Origin: Eledone cirrhosa
Lineage: Eukaryota
Length of the DNA stretch: 64,000 nt
Assembly (NCBI GenBank): GCA_964016885.1
Contig: OZ024753.1
Location: forward strand, 44,702,001-44,766,000
Reading direction: 5' to 3'
Below are positions 41,404 to 55,887 of this stretch, in pieces (the first letter of the stretch is position 1; each line of letters opens with the position of its first letter). The position numbers and the translations under genes are program-made. Below the pieces are notes generated by a model. The model searched no databases. It worked only from the letters and a program-made list of their open reading frames with translations, and had not been told where the DNA came from.

Positions 41404-41560
41404 GAGTATTGATAGAGGGTCGGATGCCATGCTTTACGGACTGAGTGTAAATCCTGCCGAGGTTAACTTTGCCTTTCATCCTTACGGGGCCGATAAAATA
41501 AATTACCAGTAATGTAATGGGTAATTGCTGGCCTTGTGCCAAAAGTAGAAACAATTATTA
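41400..41560 (+). mobile_element. Nin/Deu-like SINE
   Basis: Consensus match with a short internal deletion. Confidence 0.75.
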
Positions 41561-42403
41561 TAGATTTCAGATAATAGATTAGTAGCTAGTTTAACCATTC
41601 CATGAGTCTATTTCTAATGAAATACACTCTATTTCAATTAATTAATGAAGAATTTTGAGGGGTTTACTTAAATTATTAATTATTCCTTTACTAAGATGGT
41701 GACAGCAATGCTAGCCATAAATAGGGTTAAAATTAGGCATGCCACAATGAAAGCCAAAATGGTTTATTTAGAACACTGGTTGAAAATTGCCCCTTCAGAT
41801 AGTTTTATATTCTAGGATTTTGGTTAAAGAATTACAGTCAATAAGAACTGAGATCACTAAATATTTAACCATTTCATTATCAAGTTTTTAATGAAAGACA
41901 CTGCTTATAATGTTTAAATCATTTTGAAAATAATCAAGAATTTGGTAGAATGTAGTTAAATAATGTTCCCATTATTAAATTGGTGTTTGGGACATAACTT
42001 AACAAATGTTCTTACATAAAAATATGATGGAAGGTATTTAGATGAATATAAATACTTTAGAACAAACAGTTATCTTTTTTTTTTTAATAGAACTAGGTGG
42101 GGGCGGTTTCGGGTTGTTTGGTATTGGGGTTGGAGTGAGAGTTACATTCATCCAATTATAGAAACCAATTCCATCTTGTCTTTAGATCCTCTATTTGTCT
42201 TAACTAGCTTTGTTGCGAAAAATATATACCTCTTCTACTCCAGTAATCATATACACATACGTACGTAAGTATGTATATATACACATAAATATATATATAT
42301 GTATATATTATGATAATAATAATAATAGGTATGAATCGAAGTTGTAGCTGCAATAGAGCAGATATATATATACATATGGTAAGTGGACTTTAAAAAAACA
42401 AGG

Positions 42404-42434
<31 letters not shown>

Positions 42435-42448
42435 CATCATATATATAT

Positions 42449-42499
<51 letters not shown>

Positions 42500-42504
42500 T
42501 ATAT

Positions 42505-42810
42505 AATGTAGGAGGTGAGTTTTATTGTAGTACAATAAAGCAATGCAGATATCGGATAAGAAGCACTCTACAGTTTGTAGGACTGGAGTATACATAATAT
42601 ATAAGAACAAAAGATGGTTAAAAGAGTTCCATGTATTTTATTATGCGCATTTCAAAAACAAATATCATCATGCAATAATATTTGTGTTTTCATCATTCCT
42701 GTTTTATCTGATGAAAACACAAATATTATTGCATGATGATATTTGTTTTTGAAATGCGCATAATAAAATACATGGAACTCTTTTAACCATCTTTTGTTCT
42801 TATATATTAT
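42505..42810. mobile_element. TA-inserted foldback element, family B (copy 2)
   Basis: Arms ~42595-42695 and ~42709-42810 plus tail to 42505; the tail end matches 8965. Confidence 0.85.
42700..42770 (+). ncRNA. Minimal type I hammerhead ribozyme (family B)
   Basis: TGTTTTAT-CTGATGA(42708-42714)-aaacacaaatattatt/gatgatatttgttttt-GAAA(42751-42754)-tgcgca-TA-ATAAAATA. Confidence 0.85.
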
Positions 42811-42812
42811 AA

Positions 42813-42866
<54 letters not shown>

Positions 42867-43294
42867 TCATATATATATAGGATATGATATGATATATAAT
42901 ATAATATAATAGGTATTGTTAGAAATGTTAGATTTTGTCATACAAACCATTATGGAAACTCTAAATCTGCCTGACCAATTCAAATGGAAAAAAAATTGAA
43001 TGTCTAAATAAATGCCAACAAACATAATCAATAAGCCATAAGATAGGATTTTAACAAGATTCTCTTTTTTTATTGATATTTTTTATGGTAATATAGGATT
43101 TTGTTACAAACAATTCACCAACCAAAATCTGAAAATCCTTTCACTTGATATATCTTGCTTGGAGAATTTATTTCATAAAAATTTTATATCAGCAATATGG
43201 TTGATAACTATTGTACATAGGTTAGATATTGGTGGGGTGACATGTGATGTGTGATGGAGGATAATGGTTAGGTGAAGAATTTCTAGAAGATACT

Positions 43295-43390
43295 AGAGCC
43301 CACGTGTCTGTGGAATGCTCAGCGACTTGCGGGTTAATTTCTTGAGTGGGCCATTCCATTTATTGAACATGTGCTAGAATTAGTGGAGGC
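43295..43390 (-). mobile_element. Fragment resembling a cephalopod Ceph-domain SINE
   Basis: Reverse complement gaaattaacccgcaagtcgctgagcattccacagacacgtg resembles my recollection of that domain; not verified. Confidence 0.45.
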
Positions 43391-43399
43391 CCAAAATGG

Positions 43400-44490
43400 C
43401 ACATACACATACATACATATATATATATTTACACAGACACACACACACACGTACATATATATATTTACACAGACACACACACACGTACATATATATATTT
43501 ACACACACACACACACGTACGTATATATATTTACACAGACACACACACACGTACATATATATATTTACACAGACACACACACACATACATATATATATTT
43601 ACAGAGACACACACACGTACATATATACACACAGACACACACACACACACATACATATATATACACACACATAGACACACATCAATCATAGTATAGCCAT
43701 ATCTACAACACACTCCCATATTAACGCGTGTGTGTGTATACATATATTATACACACACACACATCAATATAGCCATATGTACACCACACTCTTATATTAA
43801 TGTGTGTGTATATACATATACACTCACACACACATCAATTACAGTATAGCCATATATACACCACACTCCTGTATTAATGTGTGTGTTTGTGTGTATACAT
43901 ATATACACACACACATATAGACACACACACATATAGACACACACACATATACACACATACACATCAAATACATTATAGCCATATATACACCACACTCCTG
44001 TATTAATGTGTTTGCGTGTATACATACACACACACATATATATATACACACACATCAATCAAACTATAGCGATATATACACCACACTCCTGTATTAATGT
44101 GTTTGTGTGTATACATACACACATATATATACACACACATCAATCAAACTATAGCGATATATACACCACACTCCTGTATTAATGTGTTTGTGTGTATACA
44201 TACACACATATATATACACACACATCAATTAAACTATAGCGATATATACACCACACTCCTGTATTAATATGTTTGTGTGTATACATACACACACACACAT
44301 ATATATACACACACATCAATCAAACTATAGTGATATATACACCACACTCCTCTATTAATATGTGTATTTGTTAGCATGGAAAATGGACGTTAAATGAAGA
44401 TGATGATGATGATGATGATATAAATACACACCACTCACATCAATCACAGTATAGTCATATATATATACACCACACTCCTGTATTAATATA
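43400..44490. repeat. CA/TA-rich minisatellites (tatagcgatatatacaccacactcctgtattaat anchors)
   Basis: Direct reading. Confidence 0.85.
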
Positions 44491-45964
44491 TTATACATCA
44501 TCAGAGTATCCGTTCGACTTCCCTGTTGCCTAGCAAAACTACAAATGTAGAATAAGTTTTGTATACAAGTCTGCTCATGGTGAATATAAAATACTGCAAA
44601 AAATGTCAAAATTTTGAACTTTCCTTCAATCCTCATTAATATCTAATTAATAAATTTGAAATATATAATATTTCAACTTTATATTTTTTTTAGATTTAAA
44701 TCATTTTTATAATCATTTAAATATTTTGGCATTATTTATGAATTCAAATTTGATATTGTCTTCTTCATAATAATCGTCAATATGCCTCTTGGATTTCTGC
44801 TGATCTGACATTTCTATAAGACTTTAAAACTTTATTTCTTTAACTTATTGCTTCATTATCATCATCATCATTTTACGTCTGCTTTTCCCTGCTTGCAAGG
44901 GTGGGACAGGTCCTATTCAGCACAGCATCTCTCCATTTGTCATGGTCCTTCGTCATCTCCTCTGTGAGCTTCAGCTCACATGCATATATATAAAGATATA
45001 GAGAGAAACGTGTATTATTATATATATATATATATATATATAAATGAAAATATAGAAATTAATGTGAGCTAGAAGCCAACAGTATTTCATAATATATGTG
45101 ACTATAGCGTCAAAATGGAAAATAATTCAAAACTTAATCCCAAAAAAATCAAGACAGAGATTTTATCCACAGATTTTGTGAAATCCAGTGAAAAAAACCA
45201 ATAGAGTCTTAACTCAGAATAAAATAAGGCTTAAATACTCATCCTTCAATTTTGAAAAACTACAAACTACAAACATATATGTCTGTGGGTGTGTGAGAGA
45301 GAAAGAGGGAGATGTGTATTTTTATATATATATATATATGGTGTATATAATGTGTATGGTAATATTTATCAATAGGCATATATAAATCATAAGTGTGTCA
45401 AAGTGTTTATCTTTTATATATAGAACAGAACTACATATCTATCTTTGCTGGTATTTTGGAATCTTCGAAAATAATTAAATTGAACATAGATATTACACAC
45501 CAGTAGATATAATTAAGAAAACATCATCCTTATCAGTAAAATAAAGATTTTTAAGATAAGAAAAAAGAAAATGGAAATTTATTTGGTTGTAACAATTGAA
45601 ATCTTTTCTCACAATTTTCAAATTTGAATTAACCCTTCCTTTACCATATTTCTAATGAAAGACTCTGCCTGTGTCTTTAACCCTTTAATTACTATATTTC
45701 TAATGAAAGACTCGGCCTGTGTTCCTAAATCTTTCATTACATATTTCTAATGAAAGACACTACTTATGTTGCATCTTATAGGAAGTTGCTCAGGTGTTTT
45801 AATGATAGCGACTCCAGTCCCATTGTGAAAAGCAATATGAAATGAAGTGTTTTGCTCACAAACATAACATGCTGCCCAGTCCAGTAACAGAACCTGCGAT
45901 CTTATGTTTGGGAGTCCAACCTCCTCCAAGGTATATCTTGTTGGAGGTGTCTTGAGTAATTTAA

Positions 45965-46125
45965 TGATAGGGACCCCAGTCCTATCATCTCATTTCTACA
46001 GCTGAGTAAACTGGAACAACGTGAAATAAAGTGTCTTGATCAAGGAAACAACACATCACCTGGTCTGAGAATTGAACTCACAAGTTCAATTGCAAGCCCA
46101 ATACTCTAACCACTAAGCCATGCGC
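45965..46125 (-). mobile_element. CORE-like SINE head
   Basis: Matches 24195-24350. Confidence 0.8.
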
Positions 46126-47004
46126 TTTCTCATATATGTATATATACACACATACATATATATACACATACATATATACATACAAAAACACAGACACACA
46201 CATACACAGAAAATGTAGATGTATGCAGTGATAATATAGAGCATTGTGATATAGAAAATCTAGAAAATTTACTGGAAATTTTAAAGAACATTTTGAAACA
46301 TTTAAATTTTCGATCAATCATATTATAACAAATTGATTAAATTTTGAGGGAAACTAAGGTGTTGGCACCTGAACCTCACATAATATGTGAATATATGCAT
46401 GATTAATGTATTTGTCAACCATCAGATCACTAGTATCTTTATTGGAAATTAATTGATAATGGTAAATGGTAAATTTCTATTTAATTTGAAACTTTTAGCC
46501 AACAATAAATCAAAGAATAAAACAGTGAACATTTGCAAAATTCCAGAACATTCTATAGATAAATATAAACTAAACAATATACAGTGATACGAGAATGAAA
46601 AATAGAAAATATGCGCAGATTATTTTCATATTTTCACACTGTAAGAAATAAACAATTATAAAGATATTTTAAAATCTGTTTTGTTTTTATTTTTAAAAAT
46701 GTAACTACTGATTAATCTTTTGGCTACTGTATACTGCTGGGAGTTTTATATACCAAAAAAAAACAAAAAACGTACATGCTGCAGTATTTGATGAGCTATC
46801 TAGATAGAGGGCAGTAGTTCCATTATAGAAATTATAATTGTTTTTTTGTTTATGCAGAAGGAGAGCAATTTAAAAGCATTGTGGGGGGGATAAGAATAGT
46901 TGATTAAAAAGACCTTACAATTTGACTGGTATTTTATTTTATCTGGATGAAAGGCAAAGTTGACTTTAGTGGGATTCAAGTTCAAATACAAAGAACTACA
47001 GCAA

Positions 47005-47365
47005 ATCCGGCCAAGGTTAGCTTTGCCTTTCATCATTACGGGGGGGGGGGGTGATAAAATAAAGTACCAGTAATGCACTGGGGTCGATTTAATCGACTTT
47101 CACTTCCCCTCAAATTGTTGGCCTTGTGCCTAAAGTAGAAATCACTCTTATCATTATTATTATTAATTGGCAGTATCGGTAGAGGGTTGGATGCCATGCT
47201 TTGATGCATAGAGTTACGGCCCTTGCCATTCTGAGTTCAAATCCCGCCGAGGTTAACTTTGCCTTTCATCCTTACGGGGTCGATAAAATAAAGTACCAGT
47301 AATGCACTGGAGTAATTGCTGGCCTTGTGCCAAAAGTAGAAACAATTATTATTACTATTATTATT
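47005..47365 (+). mobile_element. Two tandem Nin/Deu-like SINEs
   Basis: Partial copy 47005-47160 and full copy 47168-47350. Confidence 0.8.
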
Positions 47366-49527
47366 ATGGATTACATTTTGCCTAGTTGTGTGTTTAATGA
47401 CAAAAATTTGTGTTGAAACAATTGTAAAGATTAAATGATTTAAGAGCTGCTATCTGTCATCTTAATATGTTTTATAAGCTCTGTGTTAAAAATGTCACTT
47501 TCTTCTACTCTTGAAATTCTCCTCCCTATATTTCCATCTCTAAGTACAGAAACACATTCAGCTTTACATCTTCTTACAATTTTTCTTCAAGTAACTCTAG
47601 GTGTTTGTTTTTATTATTTATTATTTGCAAAATATATAAGAAAAAAGAAATATATATATATGTATGTGATGTATATGTCTATGTGTGTGTATATATATAT
47701 ATATATGTGTGTGTGAGTGTATAAATCTACTTGCATGTGTGTGTTTATGTGTATTTGATACAACCATAGAGTTACTTCCTACTTGTGTTTTATATGGGAG
47801 GGAAAATGGATGTTAAAACGATGATATATATAATAATATATATGTATGTGTGTGTGTATATACATATATATATATATGTGTGTATGTTTATATGCCTATA
47901 TATGTATATATGTGTGTGTATATATATATATATGTGTATGTGTGTATATGTGTATAAATATATATATGTGCATATGTGTATAAATATATATATATTCTCT
48001 TATAATAAAGTTAAGGTATTATTTCTAAACATTTGAACATGTAACCAACCAATCAGAATTTTTTTCATTTTTTTTCCTTTGTTTTACTAATTAGTTTGAA
48101 TAAGTTTGTCTTTAAAGAACTTCGAGGTAAATTGTTTGTAATAATATTTTGTTTGATTCTGTTTTATAATAATACGAGTTTATTTTGGATAATATCTGAT
48201 TTATTGATCAAATCGAACCTAAAACAACGGAGGAAGGCTTAAGTTTCTAATTGTTCAATCAATCTGTGTTTATAGCAAGCTAACGTTGCCTGAAAACCAA
48301 TGGAGAAATGGGAAAATATTAAACTGGAACATAGTCTAAATTAATTCTGAAGCACATTTATCTATCTGAATAATGTATTCTTTAATGATAATGTTTATAT
48401 TTGCTTTACAATATATTTGAGGCCTTCTTTTCCAGGTTGAGCAAGAAGCAAGAGATCTGTTTGAATACATTTTTCATTTGATATTAACAAATAGTAAAAA
48501 TATAAGCTGCATAGATATTTTAGTTTTGGAAAAAATCTATCTTGCAATGGTAGTAATAATTCTGTTGTAGTTTTTGTTTGTTTGTTCTTTTTAGTTTTTT
48601 TTATGTTTTATTTCTATTGAGATAAACCATATTTTTATTTCTGTTTTATTTATGTCTATGTTATCAGTAAAAACGATTTGATTTAACCGTATTTTTGACC
48701 TAGGCAATCTGTTTACTTTATTTACATCCATTCAGACATTATTGTTGGAAATGGGGTTACATTTCATTACAAAAGCTAGAATATTTCTTGTTTAGACATC
48801 AGGGAAACATTTAGTCTGGACATCAGACAAAGTGTCATTACAGCCTGTGTTTTTTTGGCAGCTATTCAGAATATTGTTAAAGCCTTATACTACTTCTTAT
48901 GCAGAACAGTGTGCTTCTTTGCTTTGTTATTTAATCGTTATCAAATCAAAAAGGGGAAAAATACTAGCTAAAAGTCATGGCAATGTCCTTGTGTCAGTAT
49001 AGCTTAATATAATAACCAAGGTCAGAAGGAAAGAGGAAAGATTTTTAGAATAGCTGAGATATTTCAATTGAAATATTCGTAGCTGCTTCCAAGAGATAAA
49101 CTTCTAACCTCTTGAAGAGATATCATCTATAATGTTAATCTTAAAATGTTTGAGATTAATATTATAGGCTTGCTATATAGAGCATTGCAAAATATAACCT
49201 CCTCAAATACAGGAAGTTAAATACTGTATGAGCTTCCTGTCTCTTGGACACTGTGCTTGGTTTATATACAAATCTAAGTACTGTAATAATAATTTCTATC
49301 GAGGATGGATTGTATCAATACAAGAGGTATCATTTATATGGGAAAAAAACAGCATATTATAGAGTGGCATAGGAAGTTTGTATAACATAGTTTTGTGAAG
49401 AATGGTTTGACAGAATATTTGTGTAGCAGAATAAAAATTCCAGCTGGTCAGTTTCTGATTGTTTCTTTTTTTTTTACCTTTAAACAAACAAGCTTTATTG
49501 ATGTTTATAACAGTAAAAACAATTTAA

Positions 49528-49745
49528 CCCTTTAGTATTTACATTAGTTTATATATACTATTGTATTTTAACAGTAAAGCCTTTACCTCACATAATATCT
49601 CACAGAATATTGACTCTGAAATTTTTATATTATTTATTTTGAGAACAATACCTTAACTTCAGTATGAGCAGCCAGTTACAGCCGATTTGAACAGAAAGTG
49701 GTGAGAGAATTCTGGTCGGATTCAGCTGGGTTAAATGCTAAAGGG
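49528..49745 (+). mobile_element. piggyBac-like MITE
   Basis: TTAA-CCCTTTAGTATTTA...TAAATGCTAAAGGG-TTAA; terminal fragments of the family also at ~5320-5366 and ~37790-37840. Confidence 0.85.
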
Positions 49746-50370
49746 TTAATAGAAAAAGAAAAAAATAGATTGAGAAGAAAGAATGGAATGTAAAAGAAAA
49801 AATATATAATAACAGAAAAGGAAGGGAAAAGCAAGGGCTCTAGTGTCAGGGGAGAAGAGGGAGGGTGATGGGTTCTGGGCCTAGGGTGTGGCTGTGTTGG
49901 GGCTGCACCCCACGGACAAAACTACAAAAGCATTCCCTCAGACAAAGACCAACAACACCCACTGCAATAGCCAGCCCACCTCCTTAGATGAGCCGCCAAT
50001 GTTTCTGATTCCCTGTAGTAATTGTACATTTTAAAATGTTACAAACGAATGGATATTGTCTTATATAAACATACAATTTTATTTTGAAAACCTTGGTAAA
50101 ATATTTGAAATAGTATATTTCTATATAGATCTAACAACAGAGAGAACTATAGATATCTGTCTCCATAGGGTCAATCAAACTAACTTGAAGGTCAGAGGAT
50201 TGTATAATACTGATTGCATCAGTATTATAGCTAAGCTGTGTCCATGGTCAACATATCTGATTCTCAATCTTTCAGCCGAACTAGACTTAAGCCAGGCTTC
50301 TACTGTTTGTTCACTGCTCTCAGAATAACAAACAGCACAAAATTGAGTAGGGTTTCACTGCCTCTCTCTC

Positions 50371-50402
<32 letters not shown>

Positions 50403-51917
50403 GTAGTGGATACATTTTGTCGAAGTAATATTCATTGATGTAAAGCCAACTTGCAGGTGATTCTGGGGTAGACCCTGAGCAAGATAGTTGAGTAACATCC
50501 ATGAGTTTGTCTGGTCCCACTAGGAGATCCAACCAGATCAGTTGGATACGGTTGTTTCTGACAGGACCTTCTAGAAGGTATGTCTGAGGACTCTGTTTCC
50601 ACAACTCTTCAGGAATAATTGGGCAAAGAAGAATAACAGCCTTGGTCTGTGATTGTTTACAGTTTCACCTATTTATTTATATAACATTGTAATTTGATCA
50701 GAAAAGCCATATTTTCAGTCCTCTTCATAAGTACTGTATGCATATGTGTATGTATGCATATATGCATGTATGTACATATGTATTCTTATATGTATGTACA
50801 TATGTATCCTTATATGTGTGTGTATATATATATATGTGTGTGTGGGGGCGTGTGTGTGTGTATATAGAAGAGAGGAGTGACTATGCCATTTGCAGAGTTC
50901 TCTCCATGGTAATGTTTGTGACAGTGCAAAAGAATGCAGAAAGCATATTTCTACAGCTTTATTACAAACAGGAAACGCAATGAATTGAAAGTTCTATTTA
51001 AATATAGACATAAATAAGGCAATTTTTTTCAAGCTGAATGAAACAAGTAGCCATTGAATTTCCAACTAAATCTGTGCAGAAGACCAACAATACTGAAACC
51101 TATTAATATTCGATACTTTAGCTGCAAACAAAAGTTCCCAATTCTATAGAAATAAATCGGTGAAATGTGTAAAATATGAAATTATCGAAGAGATTCCAAT
51201 TAAAAAAATATAGAATGAGCGGAAGATGGAATGTAGAGAAACATGATATTCAGGAGCAGAATTACCGGAAAGAGGGGAAATAAGAAACAAAACAAAAACA
51301 AAACAAAAAAATATACGAACACACCAAAAAAAAAAATAATAACTTGATAACAAAAATTTAAAAAAATAAACAAGAAAAATGGTAATGATCAGTGGAAGAG
51401 TGGAGACTGAAACGCCCAAACCTTCATTTCCAAACTAAGTTAAAGGTAAAAAATATAAATTAATAAATAAATAAAAGGAAATGATATAATTCTAACTTAG
51501 GTTTTATCCATTTTATTTTCGCCTAAAATATCTTTTCAAATAGTTTATTCTTCCATATTTCATTGATTGGTTTAATGAAACACTATGGCGGTTTTTTGGC
51601 AGTGAATAAGAACACCTATTAACTTATCATTTCAGCGAATTTTTGTCTCAGATGGTTGACTTTCCGGAGACAACAATTTAAATATCCGGTTTGGAAATGA
51701 AACTTACAATCAAACATTTCAGTTACTAGCAGCTAAATAAAATAAGCTAAAAGCTCCCAGTCAACTCTATAAAGTGGTCATGCTTGTGACACAACAAAAG
51801 CCTCTAGTCCACCATGTATTGTGCTCATGCTGGTGAAAGAGCATCCATGCTAGTGACAGGAGAAGAAAGAGTTCAACATATTGGATACAGTTTAAAGATA
51901 GAATATACATATGTATA

Positions 51918-52264
51918 TGGAGGCACATGGCTTAGTGGTTAGAGCATTGGCCTTGCAATCGAAAGGTTGTGAGTTCAATTCTCAGACTGGGTGATGTGTT
52001 GTTTCCTTGAACAAGACACTTTATTTCACATTGCTCCAGTTTACTCAGCTGTAGAAATGAGATGATAGGGACTGGGGTCCATATCATTCCACTGCAAAGT
52101 GGTCGTGGAGGTGCCACGGCAAAAAAGCACACAGCACTCACTGTAAATGAGGTTGGTGTTAGGAAGGGCATCCAGCTGTAGAAATCAAGCCAGAATCAGT
52201 TCCCGTCCCACCCTTGCAAGAAGGGATAAAGCGGACATAAAATGGAATGGAATGATGATGATGA
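51918..52264 (+). mobile_element. Full-length CORE-like SINE with RTE-derived 3' tail
   Basis: tRNA-like head (tggcttagtggtt...gagttcaattc), core, then a tail shared with the LINE tails at 7880 and 52618; ends (gat)n. Confidence 0.85.
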
Positions 52265-52283
52265 TATATATATATATATATAT

Positions 52284-52600
52284 GGGATAACAAGTTATCA
52301 TTTTAAGTAATCCAGTTAGAGGTTGTGAGTACTCTATACTATGGATAGTTTTAACATATGGCGTTGTTTGACTAAACAAGAGGTTTCCTTAGTTAGGTAA
52401 CGAGTTTGCGAGAATTCTCATGTAGGTTATTCTTGGAGTAATAATAGTGAAAGAGTGAAGAATAAGATGGTCGGCTGTACAAAAAGGGTTTTATTTACAG
52501 TATTAACAATTGTTTCATTAATCAGGTGAGTCTAAAGGCCGCTGAACACTCGAAATTGCGTCACTCAACCTTAAATACAGTGTGTGTCTGATCAAATCAT
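52284..52600 (-). mobile_element. Family D diverged relative (tail and 3' half of ribozyme)
   Basis: Colinear motifs with 13703-13995; reverse complement GAAA-caattg-TT-aatactgtaaataaa. Confidence 0.6.
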
Positions 52601-52617
52601 TGGAATACTACATATAT

Positions 52618-53000
52618 ATCATCATCATCATCACTGTTTTACGTCCGTTTTTCCACGCTAGCATGGGTTAGACGGGTTGTCCTGTTGTGGGCAGTGTCCA
52701 GTCGGCTGACCTTGTCTTGCTCATACAGGAACTGATTCTGGCTTGATTTCTACAGCTGGATGCCCTTCCTAACACTAACCTCATTTACAGTGAGTGCTGG
52801 GTTCTTTCCGTGGCACCTACACGACCACTTTACAGTGTGGGCTGGGTGCTTGTTTGTCGTGGCACCTCCACGACCACTTTGCAGTGGGTGGGGGGCATAT
52901 TGTCTATATGCTTCAGCTTCGGTTTGTAACTGTGGGGGGTCGGGTCTTCTGTATTACTGCGTGATGCCAGAGGTTGCAGTCCTGTGTCCTCGTCCTTGAG
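52618..53000 (-). mobile_element. RTE-type LINE 3' tail
   Basis: Near-identical to 7880-8185. Confidence 0.7.
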
Positions 53001-53341
53001 AGGTGCAATTGGGTAAGGTATATTATATATATATATATAGCATTTGTATTTTTTTCTCAATGAAGGTAATAACCTTTCTAGTGTATTCCTTTCATCAGTG
53101 TTATATATTCCACAACTTAGAACAAACGTTACACAAAATGGCTTTTTTCTCATATTACCTTTGAATATCATTCACTTTATTTCTGTTTTTTATCTCTCCC
53201 CATCCTTCTCTCTCTCTCTCCCTCACTCTCTCTCTCTCTCTCTCTCTCTTATATATATATGTGTGTGTGTGTGTGTATATATAAACATTTACATGTATAT
53301 ATGTCCTCATGCTAGTGTGGAAGATTGGTGTTAAACGATGA

Positions 53342-53385
<44 letters not shown>

Positions 53386-53814
53386 CCCCATACCAATTAC
53401 AACATATTTCTCCCTTTTGATTAAATAAAAGTATAGCCTTGTTCTTTTATTTATTTTGACCTTATGAATTAACATCCCCATTGCCATAAACCTTTTCTTT
53501 GAAAGGATACCACAACGTAATTCCCTTTATCAAAACAACTTATTTAAGGCATTTTCAATAAAAACTACACCAATATATTCATTTCATTTACTGTTCTTTA
53601 CAATGTTACAGCTTTTGATGTTTTTACAGAACGTTATTTTAACCTTTTTTATTCCACAAGAGGTTCAGGAAGTGCATTCCTCACTTGGTTGTGATATCAG
53701 TAATGACATAGAACTGTGTGACTTTCCTCCATTTTAGTGATTAGGTCCAATGTTCCTCCCCCACTAACTTGTATGGAGGTGCAGCCAATTCAGTTGTTTT
53801 ATTGGTGCCACATA

Positions 53815-54552
53815 CATTGAAATGTTGCCTCTCAGTAGCTTTGAAATGTTGCTTCTCTGTAGCTTTGAAATGTTGCCTCTCTGTAGATTTGAAATGTTGC
53901 TACTCAGTAGCTTTGAAATGTTGCTTCTCTGTAGCTTTGAAATGCTGCTTCTCTGTAGCTTTGAAATGTTGCTACTCAGTAGCTTTGAAATGTTGCTTCT
54001 CAGTAGTTTTGGAATGTTGCTACTCAGTAGCTTTGGAATGTTGCCTCTCTGTAGCTTTGGAATGTTGCCTCTCAGTAGCTTTGAAATGTTGCTACTCAGT
54101 AGCTTTGAAATGTTGCCTCTCTGTAGCTTTGGAATGTTGCCTCTCAGTAGCTTTGAAATGTTGCCTCTCTGTAGCTTTGAAATGTTGCCTCTCAGTAGCT
54201 TTGAAATGTTGCCTCTCAGTAGCTTTGGAATGTTGCTACTCAGTAGCTTTGAAATGTTGCCTCTCTGTAGCTTTGAAATGTTGCCTCTCTGTAGCTTTGA
54301 AATGTTGCTACTCAGTAGCTTTGAATTGTTGCCTCTCTGTAGCTTTGAAATGTTGCTACTCAGTAGCTTTGGAATGTTGCTACTCAGTAGCTTTGGAATG
54401 TTACTACTCAGTAGCTTTGGAATGTTGCTACTCAGTTGCTTTGAAATGATGCTACTCAATTGCTTTAAAATGTTGCCACACAGTTTTAAAATGTTGCCAC
54501 TCGGTTGCTTTAAAATGTTGCCACTCAGTTGCTTTAAAATGTTGCCACTCAG
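53815..54552. repeat. 24-bp minisatellite (ctttgaaatgttgcctctcagtag), about 30 units
   Basis: Direct reading; explains the three repetitive ORFs here. Confidence 0.95.
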
Positions 54553-55152
54553 TAAAGATGATCTCGTTAAATGTAAGACTTCTGGATGAACTAATTCCAA
54601 GTTGGATATCTTGACATGTTGTTTTCAACAAAGTGCCATTAAGGCACTCACATCTACCATTCTCCAACAGACGACATAATGTCAAAGATACCAATAAAGT
54701 TTCGAAGCAGAAGAAATTCTAGAGACATCATCAGCAAGTGGTTTCTCTTTCAGGATGACACAAATATTTCATTACTGTAATCACACCATTCTAATTACCA
54801 ACATACTAATTGATAATTGTTCACGTTTAATGAACATTTATTGTTGAAACTAAAATTAAGAGCTTCTTGATATTTTAATAGTTGAAACGATTTTACAATT
54901 AACCAATATTTATACTACATTCTGACACTTTTAATAATGGTTTAAGGCTTTTTGTTCTGTTGGAAGAATGGTTTAGTTCTTGAGTAGTTAATACCATTGA
55001 AAAATAGGTTATAGAATGATGATTTTACAGTAATATCCCAGATACGGTCAACTTCCTGGAGGCATGAGATTGAAGTGTAAATATTTCCAGTCTATCAGCT
55101 GGTTTAAGTGTAGCCTTAAGAACACAACATTCCAAACTGTTTAAACTTCCAT

Positions 55153-55342
55153 TGGTGGATTGGCAGTATTGGTAGAGGGTCGGACGCCATGCTTTCTAGC
55201 ATAGTTACATCCCTTTACAGTCTGAGTTCAAATCCCGCCGAGGTTAACTTTGCCTTTCATCCTTACGGGGTCGATAAAATAAAGTACCAGTAATGTACTG
55301 GGTAATTGCTGGCCTTGTGCCTAAAGTAGAAACAATTATTAT
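55153..55342 (+). mobile_element. Nin/Deu-like SINE, full length
   Basis: Consensus match. Confidence 0.85.
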
Positions 55343-55887
55343 GGTTCTGTTAAAGGATAAAATGAAACTGATATGAGTAACTTCCCTTAAATGTGGAATC
55401 CTCCTGGAATAGTATTAGAAGATTCCAAAAAAATTGCAAAGAATTTTTTTAAAGGTTAGGATCAGAGATTGTTCCTTGGTACTTCTAACTTTTATAGATC
55501 TGTTGTCGTTTCTTTTAATTTTCATAAGAAATGTTATATTCTAGAAATGGAAGGGTTACATACTATATACACACTTATCTTCATTGAAATTAAGTTAGTA
55601 GTCATTAGTAATCTTATCTAAGTTTTTGATTATTCTCCTCTATATTTGCTCCACTTCATCAGTATAATAAGCAAATATTGAATTTAGATGATTAATAGTA
55701 ATTATTTTATCAATTAGTTTTTGAAAAGCTTCTGCAGAATTCTTCAGTCCAAAAGACATTTCACAAAACTGATATAATTTTCCGTTGTTGATTATCAATA
55801 TTCTGTAGAACTTGATAACGAGCTTCTATCATGTCAAACCCGCTTCCAAATTTATATTTTGAGATGCTATTTATCTTAATTGTGAAG

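Noticed and set aside
50320-50640. Non-repetitive 94-aa ORF as a possible exon
   Set aside because: No recognisable homology or clear splice boundaries; may be a decayed TE.
53764-54600. Three long repetitive ORFs
   Set aside because: Translations of a stop-free 24-bp minisatellite.
54560-54750. Integrase-like peptide ENGRCECLNGTL
   Set aside because: A single short motif with no supporting DDE context or LTRs.
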